Shown piece by piece: positions 1 through 11,010 of a DNA stretch of 64,000 nucleotides. The stretch is from Chiloscyllium plagiosum. Its lineage: Eukaryota. A program made the translations under genes and the position numbers. Position 1 is the first letter of the stretch; each line of letters opens with the position of its first letter. The notes below the pieces were generated by a model. It was not told the origin of the DNA and did no database searches. It saw only the letters and a list, made by a program, of their open reading frames with translations. The stretch lies in NCBI RefSeq assembly GCF_004010195.1, contig NC_057718.1, forward strand, positions 10,493,181 through 10,557,180, written 5' to 3'.

Positions 1-400
1 AAGATCGTATGAGGAAAGGCTGAGGCACTTGGGGTTGTTTTCATTGGAGAAAAGAAGGTTTAGGGGTGACTTGATAGAGATGTACAAGATGATTAGGGGT
101 TTAGATAGGGTTGAGCGTGAGAACCTTTTTCCACGTATGGAGTCAGCTATTACGAGGGGGCATAGCTTTAAATTAAGGGGTGGTAGGTATAGGACAGATG
201 TTAGGGGTAGGTTCTTTACTCAGCGAGTCGTGAGTTCATTGAATGCCCTGCCAGTAGCAGTGGTGGACTCTCCCTCTTTATGGGCATTTAAGCGGGCATT
301 GGATAGGCATATGGAGGATAGTGGGCTAGTGTAGGCTTGGATCGGCGCAACATCGAGGGCCAAATTCTGCACTGTATTCTTCGATGTTCGATGTTTTTCT
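1..400 (+). mobile_element. CR1-clade LINE 3' fragment
   Basis: ORF 29-334 has typical CR1 ORF2 C-terminal motifs (LFSLEKRR.RGDLIE.YK, TRGH..KL, FFTQRVV). Confidence 0.9.
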
Positions 401-469
401 ATATCTATGAAATTCATGAAAACTCTGTAATTTAGACTTGTATAATTAAATGTTACATTATTGGACTAA

Positions 470-2095
470 TTATCTTAGTCCTTCTGTGGGATTAATTATA
501 TCCCTTACCACTACAGAAATGATAATGAGAATTCCTGTGAAAAAAATTACTTGAAGAAAGTTTGTAACAATATTTTTAAGGGAATCACAGTTCAGTATAA
601 TTAAGATGAAAATAATAATCAATAAACTAATCCTGATCAATGACCTATTCATATTAGTTTCTCTGATATCTGTGGCAGTGTTTAAGAAGGCTGTTCTTAA
701 GAGGGTTATGGGAGTCCTGGCATTATCAATGAAAACGGTACAGACATTGGAAAGAGTGGGAGTGACATGCAGACTGCAAAATTCCTCAGCAAATCTGAAA
801 TGGTCATTGAGAATGGTCCGTGAGGTGTTAAACCAGACAGGAGCTTGACTGAAGAGATTGAGATTTGAAAACCCGGTAGAGCTTGAGGGAGTTTGGTTGC
901 ATTGGTTGGGGTTATTTGTACTAAACCTGTTAGGAAGAAAATACTTCAAAATTGAGAAAATTCCCAATAAAATTATTATTATCCCAAAAAAAGTGAGAGT
1001 AGAATATACGAGTGGAATAGTTTTGTACTTTCCAAAGCTGGTGAGCAGGTAGAAATAATGTGTGGGGTTAAGAAGGCTAAAGATCCAAGTTATGCTTGTA
1101 ATACATAAATGGACGATGTTGCAAATTATCTGTAGCCCCAAGGCTATGGAGAACTTAAGTCCCATAACAACAGTCGATATTGTCCCATAGGTCCCCAAGA
1201 TAATCGTAACTACTAGTGAGATCGAGCCCCCCAAGACCGTCACAGCAATTGTCCAACCTCCTAGAAGCAGGCTAGGGAGAAATAACACACCAGACAGGAG
1301 GACTTTCCAGAACACAGGAATTCTGGTGATGGCTGGCCAATACTTGGATACCAGATTCCAGAGACTAGAAAGGGCATGGAAAAGCCATCTGAATTTGTTG
1401 CTATGAGAAGGATGGTTATCGTTTGCTGTCCTAATGTGCTCAATGATTTTGAGAGGTATGTTTGGGAGCTGGTTTGTTGAAAGAGCAGTCAGAAGAATGG
1501 CTCCAGAAAGCAAACCAACTAAGGAGATGAGGAAGGTGAGCAATGAGCTGAAGACAGGCAGCACAAAGCTTGCCAAATTCAGGAGACTAAAACTCGCCCA
1601 GGAAAGCAATACGAATAGGTGACTGAGTGCATTAATGATGTGAGTGGGGATGCTGGCGATGGACATCAGAAGGAACTCAACTACACTGGTGATGAGGCTC
1701 AGAAGACTATTGGCAATGAACAGGAACCCCTTGATCACCAGGAATGCGATTTGTGAGCAAATGTTACCAATCAATCCGAGGATTGCCAATAGAACCCCAA
1801 CGGCAACAGCCAGAAATAGATTGACGAGAGCCACAACCATACTTATGATTCTCAAAACAACATTCCCCAGACCACACATGACTCCAAACACCCCATAAAT
1901 AACCAAAGCCACACAATGATAGACACCCATTATAATAAAGCTCACAGCATGAAACAAGGTCATTGAGATGTTACTGAGCTCCAGGCTGTATAGTCTTTCA
2001 TACCATTTTGGCTTTAGAAACTCTTCAAGCTCTTCCAGCTTCAGACCATTTCGGGTTGACTTCAATGGATTCATCAAACAGTTTTTCCAATTCAT
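470..2095 (-). CDS. 541-aa multi-pass/hydrophobic ORF; probable ENDOD1-type C-terminal membrane region, in +1 frame relative to the nuclease exon
   Basis: Uninterrupted 1626-nt ORF, extremely hydrophobic; IAVTVLGGSISLVVTIILGTYG resembles the recalled mammalian ENDOD1 tail; overlaps the nuclease frame at 2025-2095. Confidence 0.7.
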   Translation of the reverse strand: MNWKNCLMNPLKSTRNGLKLEELEEFLKPKWYERLYSLELSNISMTLFHAVSFIIMGVYHCVALVIYGVFGVMCGLGNVVLRIISMVVALVNLFLAVAVGVLLAILGLIGNICSQIAFLVIKGFLFIANSLLSLITSVVEFLLMSIASIPTHIINALSHLFVLLSWASFSLLNLASFVLPVFSSLLTFLISLVGLLSGAILLTALSTNQLPNIPLKIIEHIRTANDNHPSHSNKFRWLFHALSSLWNLVSKYWPAITRIPVFWKVLLSGVLFLPSLLLGGWTIAVTVLGGSISLVVTIILGTYGTISTVVMGLKFSIALGLQIICNIVHLCITSITWIFSLLNPTHYFYLLTSFGKYKTIPLVYSTLTFFGIIIILLGIFSILKYFLPNRFSTNNPNQCNQTPSSSTGFSNLNLFSQAPVWFNTSRTILNDHFRFAEEFCSLHVTPTLSNVCTVFIDNARTPITLLRTAFLNTATDIRETNMNRSLIRISLLIIIFILIILNCDSLKNIVTNFLQVIFFTGILIIISVVVRDIINPTEGLR

Positions 2096-2537
2096 TCAGA
2101 GTAATCAGGGTCATTCCTGTCTCTTGTAGAATGTAACCACCAGATTTGAGTGATTTCTTTTTAGGCTTATTTCTGTGATCAGAATCATTTGAGCAGCAGC
2201 TGAAATAGCTGTAAACTCCTCTGGGTATGTTAACCCGCTCGTTAAGGAATTTGTCTGATGGGATGGCTCCAGTGATCACAAACAGTGTTGTAAGTGGTGG
2301 ACACATCATATTTTTTATTATTTTCTCAGCAAAATGAAACCATTTGGTGTTCCACTGCCGTGTCATAGGCACGACATTGGTGAGGGTGCATGAGGCCTTA
2401 CCACTGCCAGGGTTAAATGAGAATGGAAACAAGTGACCCCGTTCATATGACTTATTTCTGTAATCACTGTTGAGGGCTTGGTTGTTCTCAACTCCTTGCT
2501 CCATGCTCATCTCATCTGAACTATCAGGTCGATCCAA
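2025..2537 (-). CDS. ENDOD1: ENDOD1-like nuclease, exon 2
   Basis: Acceptor ttgtccttttcag|TTG at 2537, phase 0; QAL..DY, YERGHLFPFS, TLTNVVPM, VITGAIPS, RVNIP and SCC motifs; TGA at 2027-2025. Confidence 0.85.
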   Translation of the reverse strand: MDRPDSSDEMSMEQGVENNQALNSDYRNKSYERGHLFPFSFNPGSGKASCTLTNVVPMTRQWNTKWFHFAEKIIKNMMCPPLTTLFVITGAIPSDKFLNERVNIPRGVYSYFSCCSNDSDHRNKPKKKSLKSGGYILQETGMTLITLNELEKLFDESIEVNPKWSEAGRA

Positions 2538-2769
2538 CTGAAAAGGACAATGAAAATAGTCAGTTCCAATCCTGACTTTCTTCATTAATTCAATCCTCAT
2601 TTGTTACAAAAAAAAAACTCACAGACACAATCAGAATCTTAATCCCTGTTAATTCCCACTTCATACCCTTCATCAACCCCCATTTATTGGCTGTGCTTCA
2701 ACTAAGTAATCCTAGAGATGTGCAGTAAAACAGTAATCCAGATGAGACCATCCTCATTAATTGGAGCAT

Positions 2770-3230
2770 AGAATTTCAAGAGCATTGACGTTGAATGTAA
2801 AGAAGCCAATTGTTAGACTTTAGCTAGGGTATTGTGTACAATTGTGCTGGGGTACAATTCTGGGCGTCACATTATAGGTAGATGGAAACAGGTTGGAGAG
2901 AGTGCAGAAATGATTTACCAGAATGATTTCAGGGATGAGAAACTTCAGTTTTGGGAACAGACTAATGAAGTTGGAACTTCTCTCCTTGGACAGAAAAAAG
3001 CTAAGAGGAGATCCAGAACCTTGACACTGTAGGTAAGGAGAAACTTGTTTCCGCTTGTAAGCCAGAGGGCATGGATTTAAAATCAAACGTGAAGTGGTTA
3101 TTTGGATAAAATAAAGTGTGCAAGGGGATGGAGAAAAGGCGGGAAATTGGCACCAGCTAATGATACCCGTTTGAGGAGCTAATGCAGGCAAGATGGGCTG
3201 ACTGGCCTCCTTTTGTACCATAACATATCT
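2770..3230 (+). mobile_element. Decayed CR1 3' fragment in the ENDOD1-like intron
   Basis: Degenerate YCVQ.W, LE.VQK.FTRMI and CR1 3' tail-like sequence. Confidence 0.65.
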
Positions 3231-3529
3231 AACAAACCCCACAAAAGCAATTTAAGAATTTAAAACAAGCCCCCTTTTCCCCATCAAAATAAAAATCCCA
3301 AATTGCTTCCCAAGTAGCTGTGAAAATCCCACTCTGGCAATGTTGGGAATTTTACAAGGAGCAGTTTGAATTCCCAAAGAGCCTTGATGGGATTTGGACC
3401 CCAGCCCAAAATTATCTTTGCAAATCCTTACCGACCGTCATACCGAGAGGATCCATTCCTCATCCTCAAGGTGTACCATTAGCGACCGGATTTATGGAAG
3501 AAACATTCAGTGGTGACAGTACACCTTAC

Positions 3530-3832
3530 CTGCGGTTCAATGAAAAAAAAATTCGGCCTTCTGTCCTTCTCACAGCTTATTGTTTTAGCCCTATAAGCCG
3601 AATATAGCGGAATGCGCAGGTCTGTGCTGTACGCTGTGGCGAAGTGGAACTGGGAACGATAATACTGGCAGATTCTTTTGGGCTTAATGATCTTAAATAG
3701 GAAGGGTTCCTCGCCGTTACAGAAAAACTGGCTGCATTCGTGAAAAGAGTTTACAACTTTCCCCTCCGTTGCCCACGGGATGATGAGAGTCGAGAGCAGA
3801 ACCAAACTGCACCATCTCATAATCCAATACAT
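3530..3832 (-). CDS. ENDOD1: ENDOD1-like nuclease, exon 1 with signal peptide
   Basis: ATG 3832, hydrophobic leader ending ATEG-KV; F.EC..FF, ICQ.Y, FAT.Y....RIP.YSAY, IEPQ; donor CAG|gtaagg; 303 nt, phase 0; spliced product 271 aa. Confidence 0.88.
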
Positions 3833-3884
3833 GTTCGGCCACTTACTGCCTCTGCGATAATGAAAAGCTCAGTTTGCAGACCAC

Positions 3885-3897
3885 AGTTTTCAGTTTC
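3885..3897 (-). promoter_or_regulatory. Candidate ISRE/IRF element
   Basis: GAAACTGAAAACT matches GAAANNGAAA, about 53 nt upstream of the ENDOD1-like ATG. Confidence 0.45.
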
Positions 3898-6049
3898 GAA
3901 CTTCCTTGCATTTCTGAACAACCCAATCAGAGGAGTTCGACGTCAGGTATTATCCAACCCCGAATGTTTCTTAAGATTGTGAGCTGCCTTCTTGCAGTTT
4001 TAAGGAATTCAGTAATCCCCGCAAGTGCTATCCAGAAAGGAGATTTCCTATCAGTGAGGTTGAAGGATCTGGGAAATTGATCCATTTTATCTTAATGGTC
4101 TACCCGAGGAGTAATCGCTGGATCTGAAACAAGGCGACTTGCAGGAGATCCAGAGTCTCTTGGTGTTGCTGCCTCTAAGGATCCACTGGGACCTGTGAGG
4201 GATCTCACAATGTATCCACGCTGTCACTGGATCACACTGCTTCGTCTTGTTTTTTTTTCCCTGACTAGGAGAGTACTGCTTCTTGGACAATAAGCTTTGT
4301 CAACACACTTCCCCCTTGTGTAGGATGATGTAGCCTATACACACATCATGCTGAGAGAGCCATAATATGATGCAATTTCTTTCATACACAGAAAAAGATT
4401 CCATTCCATCAAAGTACTAATCATTGGTGACATTTAGCATTCCATCTTAGAAATGTGCACTACTTACCTTGGGAAGATAGTATTCTGAAGTTGTGACGTA
4501 AACTGGGATTTATCATTTTATTTGCTGAGAATTTGGGATTCTGGTTTTGAGTTAGTAACTGGTAGGACAAACCCATCAGAGGGAGTTGCGTTGGGAGTTC
4601 TTAACATCAGCTCTGGACCCCATGAAGTCTCATGGCTTCAGGTTAAACATGGGCAAGGAAACCTCCTAATGATTGCCACACACTGTCCTCTATTGGTTGA
4701 TGAATCAGTACCCCATCACATTGAAAATACTTGGAGGTAACTCTGAGGGCGACAAAGGTGTTAAATGTACTCTGGGTGGGAGATTTCAGTATCCACCACC
4801 AAGGGTAGCTCAGCAACAGATCGACTGATGGAGCTGGTCAGGTCCCAAAGGATATAACAGCTAGACTTGATTTGTAGCACGGGTTGAGGGAATGAGCAAG
4901 AGGGAAAGACATACTCAGCCTCACCTTTACCAATCTGATAGCTGCAGGTGCACCTGTCCATGTCAGTATTGGTAAGAGCGATCACCGCACGGTCCTTATG
5001 GAGACCAAGTCCCGGTTTACATTGAGAATCTCATCATGTTGTGTTGCACTATCACTGTGCCAACTGACGCAGACTTCAAACAGATCTAGCAACTCAAGAC
5101 TGGGCATTCATGAGGAGCTGGAGACCATCAAATGCAACAGAATTGTGTTCAGGCACAATCTGCAACCTCATTGCATGACATACCCCCATCCAACCATTAC
5201 CATCAAGCTAAGGGATCAACCCCAGTTCAGTGCAGAAAGGCATGCCAGGACCAGCTCTGTGCATATCTAAAAATGAGGTGTCAACCTGATTAAGCTACCA
5301 AACAGGAGCTCTTATATGCCAAACAGCATAAGCAGCAAGTGGTAGAGCTATTTTTTTATATATTCATTTGAGGGGTGTGGGCATTGCTGGATTGTTAGCA
5401 TTTATTGCCTATGCCTAGTTGCTCTGAAGGTGGAATAGTGCGCTTAGGGAGGAAATTCCAGGATTTTGACCTGGCAACAGTGAAGGAGTGACAATATGTT
5501 TCCAACACACAATGGTGAATGGCTTAGAGAGGAACTTAAAGATGGTGGCATTTCCATATATCCGTTGTCCTTAGAGATGGAAGTCATCATGGGCTTGAAA
5601 GTTGCATCTTGTGGAAACCACACACTTACTGCTGCTGAGTGTTGGTGGTGGTGAGTGAATGCTTGTGGATGTTGTGCGAATCAAGCGGGGTGCTTTTCCT
5701 GAAATAACATCAAGCTTCTTGAGTGTTATCAGGGCCACAGTCATCCAGGCACGTGAGGAGTCTTCCATCACTCTCTTGACGTGTGCCTTGTAGATGGTGG
5801 ATAAGCTACAGGGAGTCAAGTAGTGAATTACTGGCCACAGTATTCCTAGCCTCTTGCAGTCACTGTGTTTACGTGGTGAGTCTAGCTGAGCGTCTGGTCA
5901 ATGATAACCCCAGGATGTTGATAGTGGTGAATTCAGTGCTGGTAAAACCATTGACTGGCAATGGGCATTGGTTAGATTGTCTCTTTTTGCAATGGTCAGA
6001 TCATAGTACTTACATAGTGCAAATGGTACTTGCCAAGCCTAGATGTTGG

Positions 6050-6360
6050 CAATGAAACAGACTACAGACAGGAAGTAGAAGACCTGGAAAAATGATGCAC
6101 TGAGAACAACCTAGTTCTAAATGCCAGCAAAACCAAGAAACTCATTATTGACTTTTGGCAGGATGTTACTCATGCCCCTCTATAAGTTAACAGCACAGAG
6201 GTGGAACGACTGGAGAATGTCAAATTTCTGGGAGTGGTCATCCACAAGTTTTCTTGGACTCTTCATGGGGAGGCACTGGTTACTAAGGCCCAACGTCTCT
6301 TCTTCCTCAGGCAACTGAAAAAAATTGGCATGACGGTAAATACCTTTACCAACTAGTACT
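6050..6360 (+). mobile_element. Rex1/Babar-like LINE fragment
   Basis: ENNL.LNASKTK.LIIDF, KFLGV and RLFFLRQLKK-like motifs across frameshifts. Confidence 0.65.
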
Positions 6361-6457
6361 AGGACCAACCAGCTTCAGCTGCTTCATCAATGACCTGCCC
6401 TCCATCACAAGGTCAGAAGTTCAACAACATTAGTGACTCCTCAGACATGGAAGGTCT

Positions 6458-6740
6458 GGGCAGCACGGTGGCACAGTGGTTAGCACTGCTGCCTCACAGC
6501 GCCAGAGACCCGGGTTCAATTCCTGCCTCAGGTGCTTTGCGTGAAGTTTGCACATTCTCCCAGTGTCCGCGTGGGTTTCCTCCCACAGTCCAAAAATGTG
6601 CAGGTTAGGTGAATTGGCCATGCTAAATTGCCCGTAGTGTTAGGTGTAGGGGAATGAGTCTAGTTGGGTTGCTCTTCAGAGGGTCGGTGTGGACTTGTTG
6701 GGCCGAAGGGCCTGTTTCCACACTAAGTTATCTAAAAAAA
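6458..6740 (+). mobile_element. HE1-like V-SINE
   Basis: tRNA-like head (GGTGGCACAGTGGTTAGC...GGTTCAATTCC), V-domain, CR1-derived tail. Confidence 0.85.
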
Positions 6741-7230
6741 ACCATGTTCAAATGCAACAAGATCTAGACAACATCCAGGCTTGAGCTGACAAGTGGCAAG
6801 TAACATTCATGCTGCACAAAATGTTTGGGTAATGGTTATTTCCTGGCAAGACAATGTAACTGCAACCCCTTGACATCCCATTGTGTTGCCACCTATGAAT
6901 GCCCTGCTAACATGTGGGAGAGTTTACCATTAACCAGAAGCTCAACTGGACTTACCATATGAACACAGAGGCTCCTAAAGCAGGCCAGAGATTAGGAATA
7001 ATGTGGCAGGTCACATCCTAACTTCCCATAATCTGTCCAATATCTACAAGGCACAAGTTAGAAGTGTGATGGAATACTCCCAGCTTGCCTGGATGGAGTG
7101 TAGTTCCAACACTCAAAGACAAAGTCTGTTTTATGGGCACCATATCCACAAGCATCCACTCCGTCCACCACCAACACTCAGTAACAGCAGTGTGTAATAT
7201 TTACAAGTTGTACTGCAGATATTTGGCAAA

Positions 7231-7446
7231 CACTAAAAATCACACAACACCAGGTTATAGTCCAACAGGTTTATTTGGAAGCACTAGCTTTTTGAGCGCT
7301 GCTCCTTCATCAGGTGGTTTTTGTAGCCACCTGAAGGAGCAGCGCTCCAAAAGCTAGTGCTTTCAAATAAACCTGTTGGACTATTACCTGGTGTTGTGAG
7401 ATTTTTAACTTTGTCCACCCCGGTCCAACACCTGCACCTCCAAGTC
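7231..7446. mobile_element. Inverted pair of Penelope-like terminal repeats (family B) with decayed hammerhead motifs
   Basis: Long inverted repeat; CTGATGAAGGAGCAGCGCTC..AAAGCTAGTG motif; TTGGCAAA flanks at 7223 and 7447. Confidence 0.7.
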
Positions 7447-10400
7447 TTGGCAAAGATTCTGGGACAATGGCAGCAGAAAATTGGGAACACTACTAGTTCC
7501 CCTCCAAGTCACTCACCATTCTAACCTGAAAATATATTCTTGTTCCTTATGGTCACTGGGTCAAAATCCTGAAATTATCTTAAGGACATTTTAGGTCTAA
7601 CTACAGGAAATGGAATTTAGCAGTTCATCACTACATTCTCAAGGGCAATTAGGAATGAGTAATAAATGCCGGCCAGTCAGCAACACGTAATGAATGAACA
7701 AATAAATAAATAAATAACATCATTTAAGTTGAACCTCAGTGTATTTAGGACTCTGACTTTTAGATTCCCGTTTCCTAGACACATATTTAAATAGTGTTAT
7801 GTGAACTTGAATTTATAATGTCACTAGGTTAAAGTCCAAACAAGCCTTATGAATGTACATGCCCACATCATATGGAAGGCAGTGGCTCAACGAGGCAGCT
7901 CACCAGCATCTTAGAGGGGTCATAAATTGCCTTGTCAGTGATATCTGCATCCCACAAAAAGTAACCAAAAAAATCTAATTATGATATTGTTGAAGTTTCT
8001 TAGAATAGTGAGCTAGGTCCAAGTATCTGAAGTAGTTTCAATGACTTTCTGTCCATTGTAAGGCTGTTCACTAATAATTGCACAATGTTCAGAATTATCC
8101 CAAATCTTCAAACTCCAGACAGTCCATGTCCAAGCCTTTTTGCATGTGGTTATTATTCAAACTTATATTAAGTTACAAGTAACATTCATGACCAAATACT
8201 ATTGGGGGATGGGGGGTGGCACGATTAACCAGAAACTGAGTTGGATTGAGCCAAGAGCAATTCAGACCTGGGAAATCTGCAATAAATTGCCTCCTGTCTC
8301 ACCAAAGCCTATGCATCACTTACAAGATGCGTCAAGAGCATGACACTGATTCAATCACTACTGAAGACCTGAACACCATCAATGTTAAGGCATCCCACTT
8401 GATTGTTCCACCTTAAAACATTCACCCATACTAGAGAACCAGTGAATTCATTGAGAATTCATTTAAAAAATGCACTGCAGCAACTCACAATGCCTCCAAA
8501 CTCATGATCAAGGGCCCATTTTCAGAAGCATTAGCACCTTCAAGTTGCATTCAAAGCCTCAAACTATGCTGACTTTGAACCTTATTGCCATTCCTTAACT
8601 GCCACTGGGCCAAACCCTTTGTAATAGCACGGAGCGTACATATATATCACATAGACGGCAGTGGTTCAAGGACATAGGTCACTTACACCCTCTCAAGGCC
8701 ATTAGGGATAGGAGACAAATTCTAGCCTTGTTGTAAAACTCATTTCGCACAAACAACAAAAAACTCACCCAAAGATGTAATGATGTTATTTGTAACTAAA
8801 AACTAGGAAGGTCTTAAATCTGAGAAAAAAGAATTTCCAGGTTCCTTAAACAACCTTGACATATCTAGCATTGGTTTTAGATTGGAAAATGCACTTTTAC
8901 TGAAATTGGACTGAATTTAAGTCACATCACAAGTGTTCATTCTAAAGATCGTTCAATTATTCTGCTTGTTACAAACCTCAGGCCATGACAAACTGCTTCA
9001 ATAAAGTTGTTCACTGTTAGAATGTAGGCCAAATGAGGTCAGTTATGCACAGCAAGATCCCACAAACTGTGATGAGATAAACAAGGTATCAAAGATGTTA
9101 GCAGTGATTTAGATGTTGGTCAAGACCAAAGAAAATATTTGTTCATTTGCGAATAGTGCAATGGATCTTTCAGGCAAAAACAGATCAAATTCTTGTCAAG
9201 AGGGATTACTGAAGTAACATAGTACTTAACACATTAGGATATCACATTCTGGATCTTGCATCTAACTGAGCAGAACTGTCTGTGCCAAGATCATTCATAA
9301 AGCAAAATTATAGTCAATTTATGAATCACAAAGCTTTACTTGGATAAAAATATTTTTCCATGAAAATGATGTTACCAATAGACTGCTTTATATTACAAAT
9401 AATTTATGGGGATGCTAGATTTCTCTTTAGCCAAAGGGTACGTCAACATTAATTAAACAAGTCAAGTCAAAGGGTGGGTCCCTACTGTGAATGTGTCACA
9501 GACAGAACTACTCCGCAAAAATAGCCATGGTAGTTGAAATTGGGATCAGTTCATGCTTCAACTCAACTTCAGTGGCTCGCCAACATGATCAAGATGAAGC
9601 AAGTTTGCACATTCACGACCTTTTAAGAGAGGGAGAAATGATTCCCATGATCTTTTAAAAAGGGAAATGATGTCCCATCTGGATTTTCACATTGTCTTTA
9701 AGGCGTGAAATACGTATGAGCAAATAATATTTCAAAACACATTCCACACAAACCCAATGAATTGAAAGAGACCCATGCTAACAAGGCAGGTATTATTTAC
9801 ATATGTGAAATGCAGTCGACAAAATCAAATGGTGAAACACCAAAAGGATGGCATGATTCTCAAAGAAGGTCACTTTGTTTACATGATATGTCCAGTGCAA
9901 CAAAAAAAAAGGCTGTAAAAAAATTAAAAATTGTTTTCTTTTAATATATAAAAGTGGTTGAAAGTTCCTCTCTGATGTAGCATTCACAGGGCAGTGCAGC
10001 TTCTCGACTTCATCTTTTTGATATCTATGGCGATACTGAGTCATTTCGAGTGAATGCCGGTATACAAAGGAATTGAAAAGGAAACCGAAATCCCTTTGAA
10101 GTCCAACATTGCCGTAATGTTTACAAATACATATCGCTCAAAAATGTTAATGTTCTCTTGATTTTTGCTTTTAAAAATTGAAACATCGAAGAAAATTCCA
10201 AAGCCCCAAATATTTTTCCACCTCATCTCAACACAAAAGGATTGCTGGAACAAAAATGATATTTTCCATCTTCAAGCAGAGACAAATGGCATTCAATGTA
10301 ACAGCTCACTTTTGAAGTAAACCTCAGTGTTGCTGCATATTTAATCACCCCAAACTCCTTTCTTTTTAAAAAAAAAGTTATTTTTGAAAAATGTCCTCAT

Positions 10401-10685
10401 TTCTGATTCCTGCAAAATTTAAGAATTATTTAATTTGGTTTCTTTGTGGAGTGAAACAAAGTACTTCCTGTATCAAAAACCCCCATGAGAAAAAAGGAAT
10501 GGATCTTTCCAGACATCAAAATCCCCTTACAACAACAAACTCAATAGATAGCCACTTCTTTTAGTCTCCAAGTGCCGGCGTGCTACAATGTAGGTTTCCT
10601 GGATTGACTGCTGCTAAAGGACGTGTGCTTCACACACATGGTAACCTAGGGTGTAAACTAAGGCTACATTGTACAATACTTCAGA

Positions 10686-10691
10686 TTTATT
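10686..10691 (-). terminator. Candidate proximal polyadenylation signal of PPM1G
   Basis: AATAAA on the minus strand about 137 nt after the stop; more distal sites are possible. Confidence 0.3.
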
Positions 10692-10827
10692 TTTATATAA
10701 TTTCCAGCAATTGTTTGCTGTATTTTTTTTTAAAAAAGATCTCAAGGTTCATTAATTACACAATAATGTCAGGCCTCAGTTGATTCCAAACAACCCCTTC
10801 CCCAACCATTTCCTTGGGTGTGCCATG

Positions 10828-11010
10828 TTATTCGTTTCTCGCCTTCTTCCCATTTTCTTTTTCATCATCTGTTGAGTCAGGACGTTTTCGCTTGCTGCAG
10901 TCAGCCTGGATTTTCACGGGCCGTGGTTTAAAAGAGATGATAATACAAGTCATATTGTCACATCCAGTACCATCTCCTGATGTGTCAGGTGCCAAACACT
11001 GATCTAAGAG
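10828..11010 (-). CDS. PPM1G: PPM1G exon 10 (coding part)
   Basis: tttatag|[21 protein letters not shown]...SKRKRP...KKARNE*. Confidence 0.95.
   Translation of the reverse strand, partial: LLDQCLAPDTSGDGTGCDNMTCIIISFKPRPVKIQADCSKRKRPDSTDDEKENGKKARNE

Larger units (their letters stand above)
4560..7700. mobile_element. Nested decayed fragments of a second CR1/L2-clade LINE family (both strands)
   Basis: Repeated LS.IYKA.VR.VMEY...AWM motif (5571-5819 minus, 7003-7197 plus) and shared 3' tail. Confidence 0.65.

Noticed and set aside
606..1898. Several plus-strand ORFs
   Set aside because: Antisense shadows of the long hydrophobic minus-strand ORF
2538..2600. N-terminal part of ORF 2025-2600
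   Set aside because: Intronic read-through upstream of the splice acceptor at 2537
6458..6530. tRNA-like sequence
   Set aside because: Head of an HE1-like SINE, not a tRNA gene
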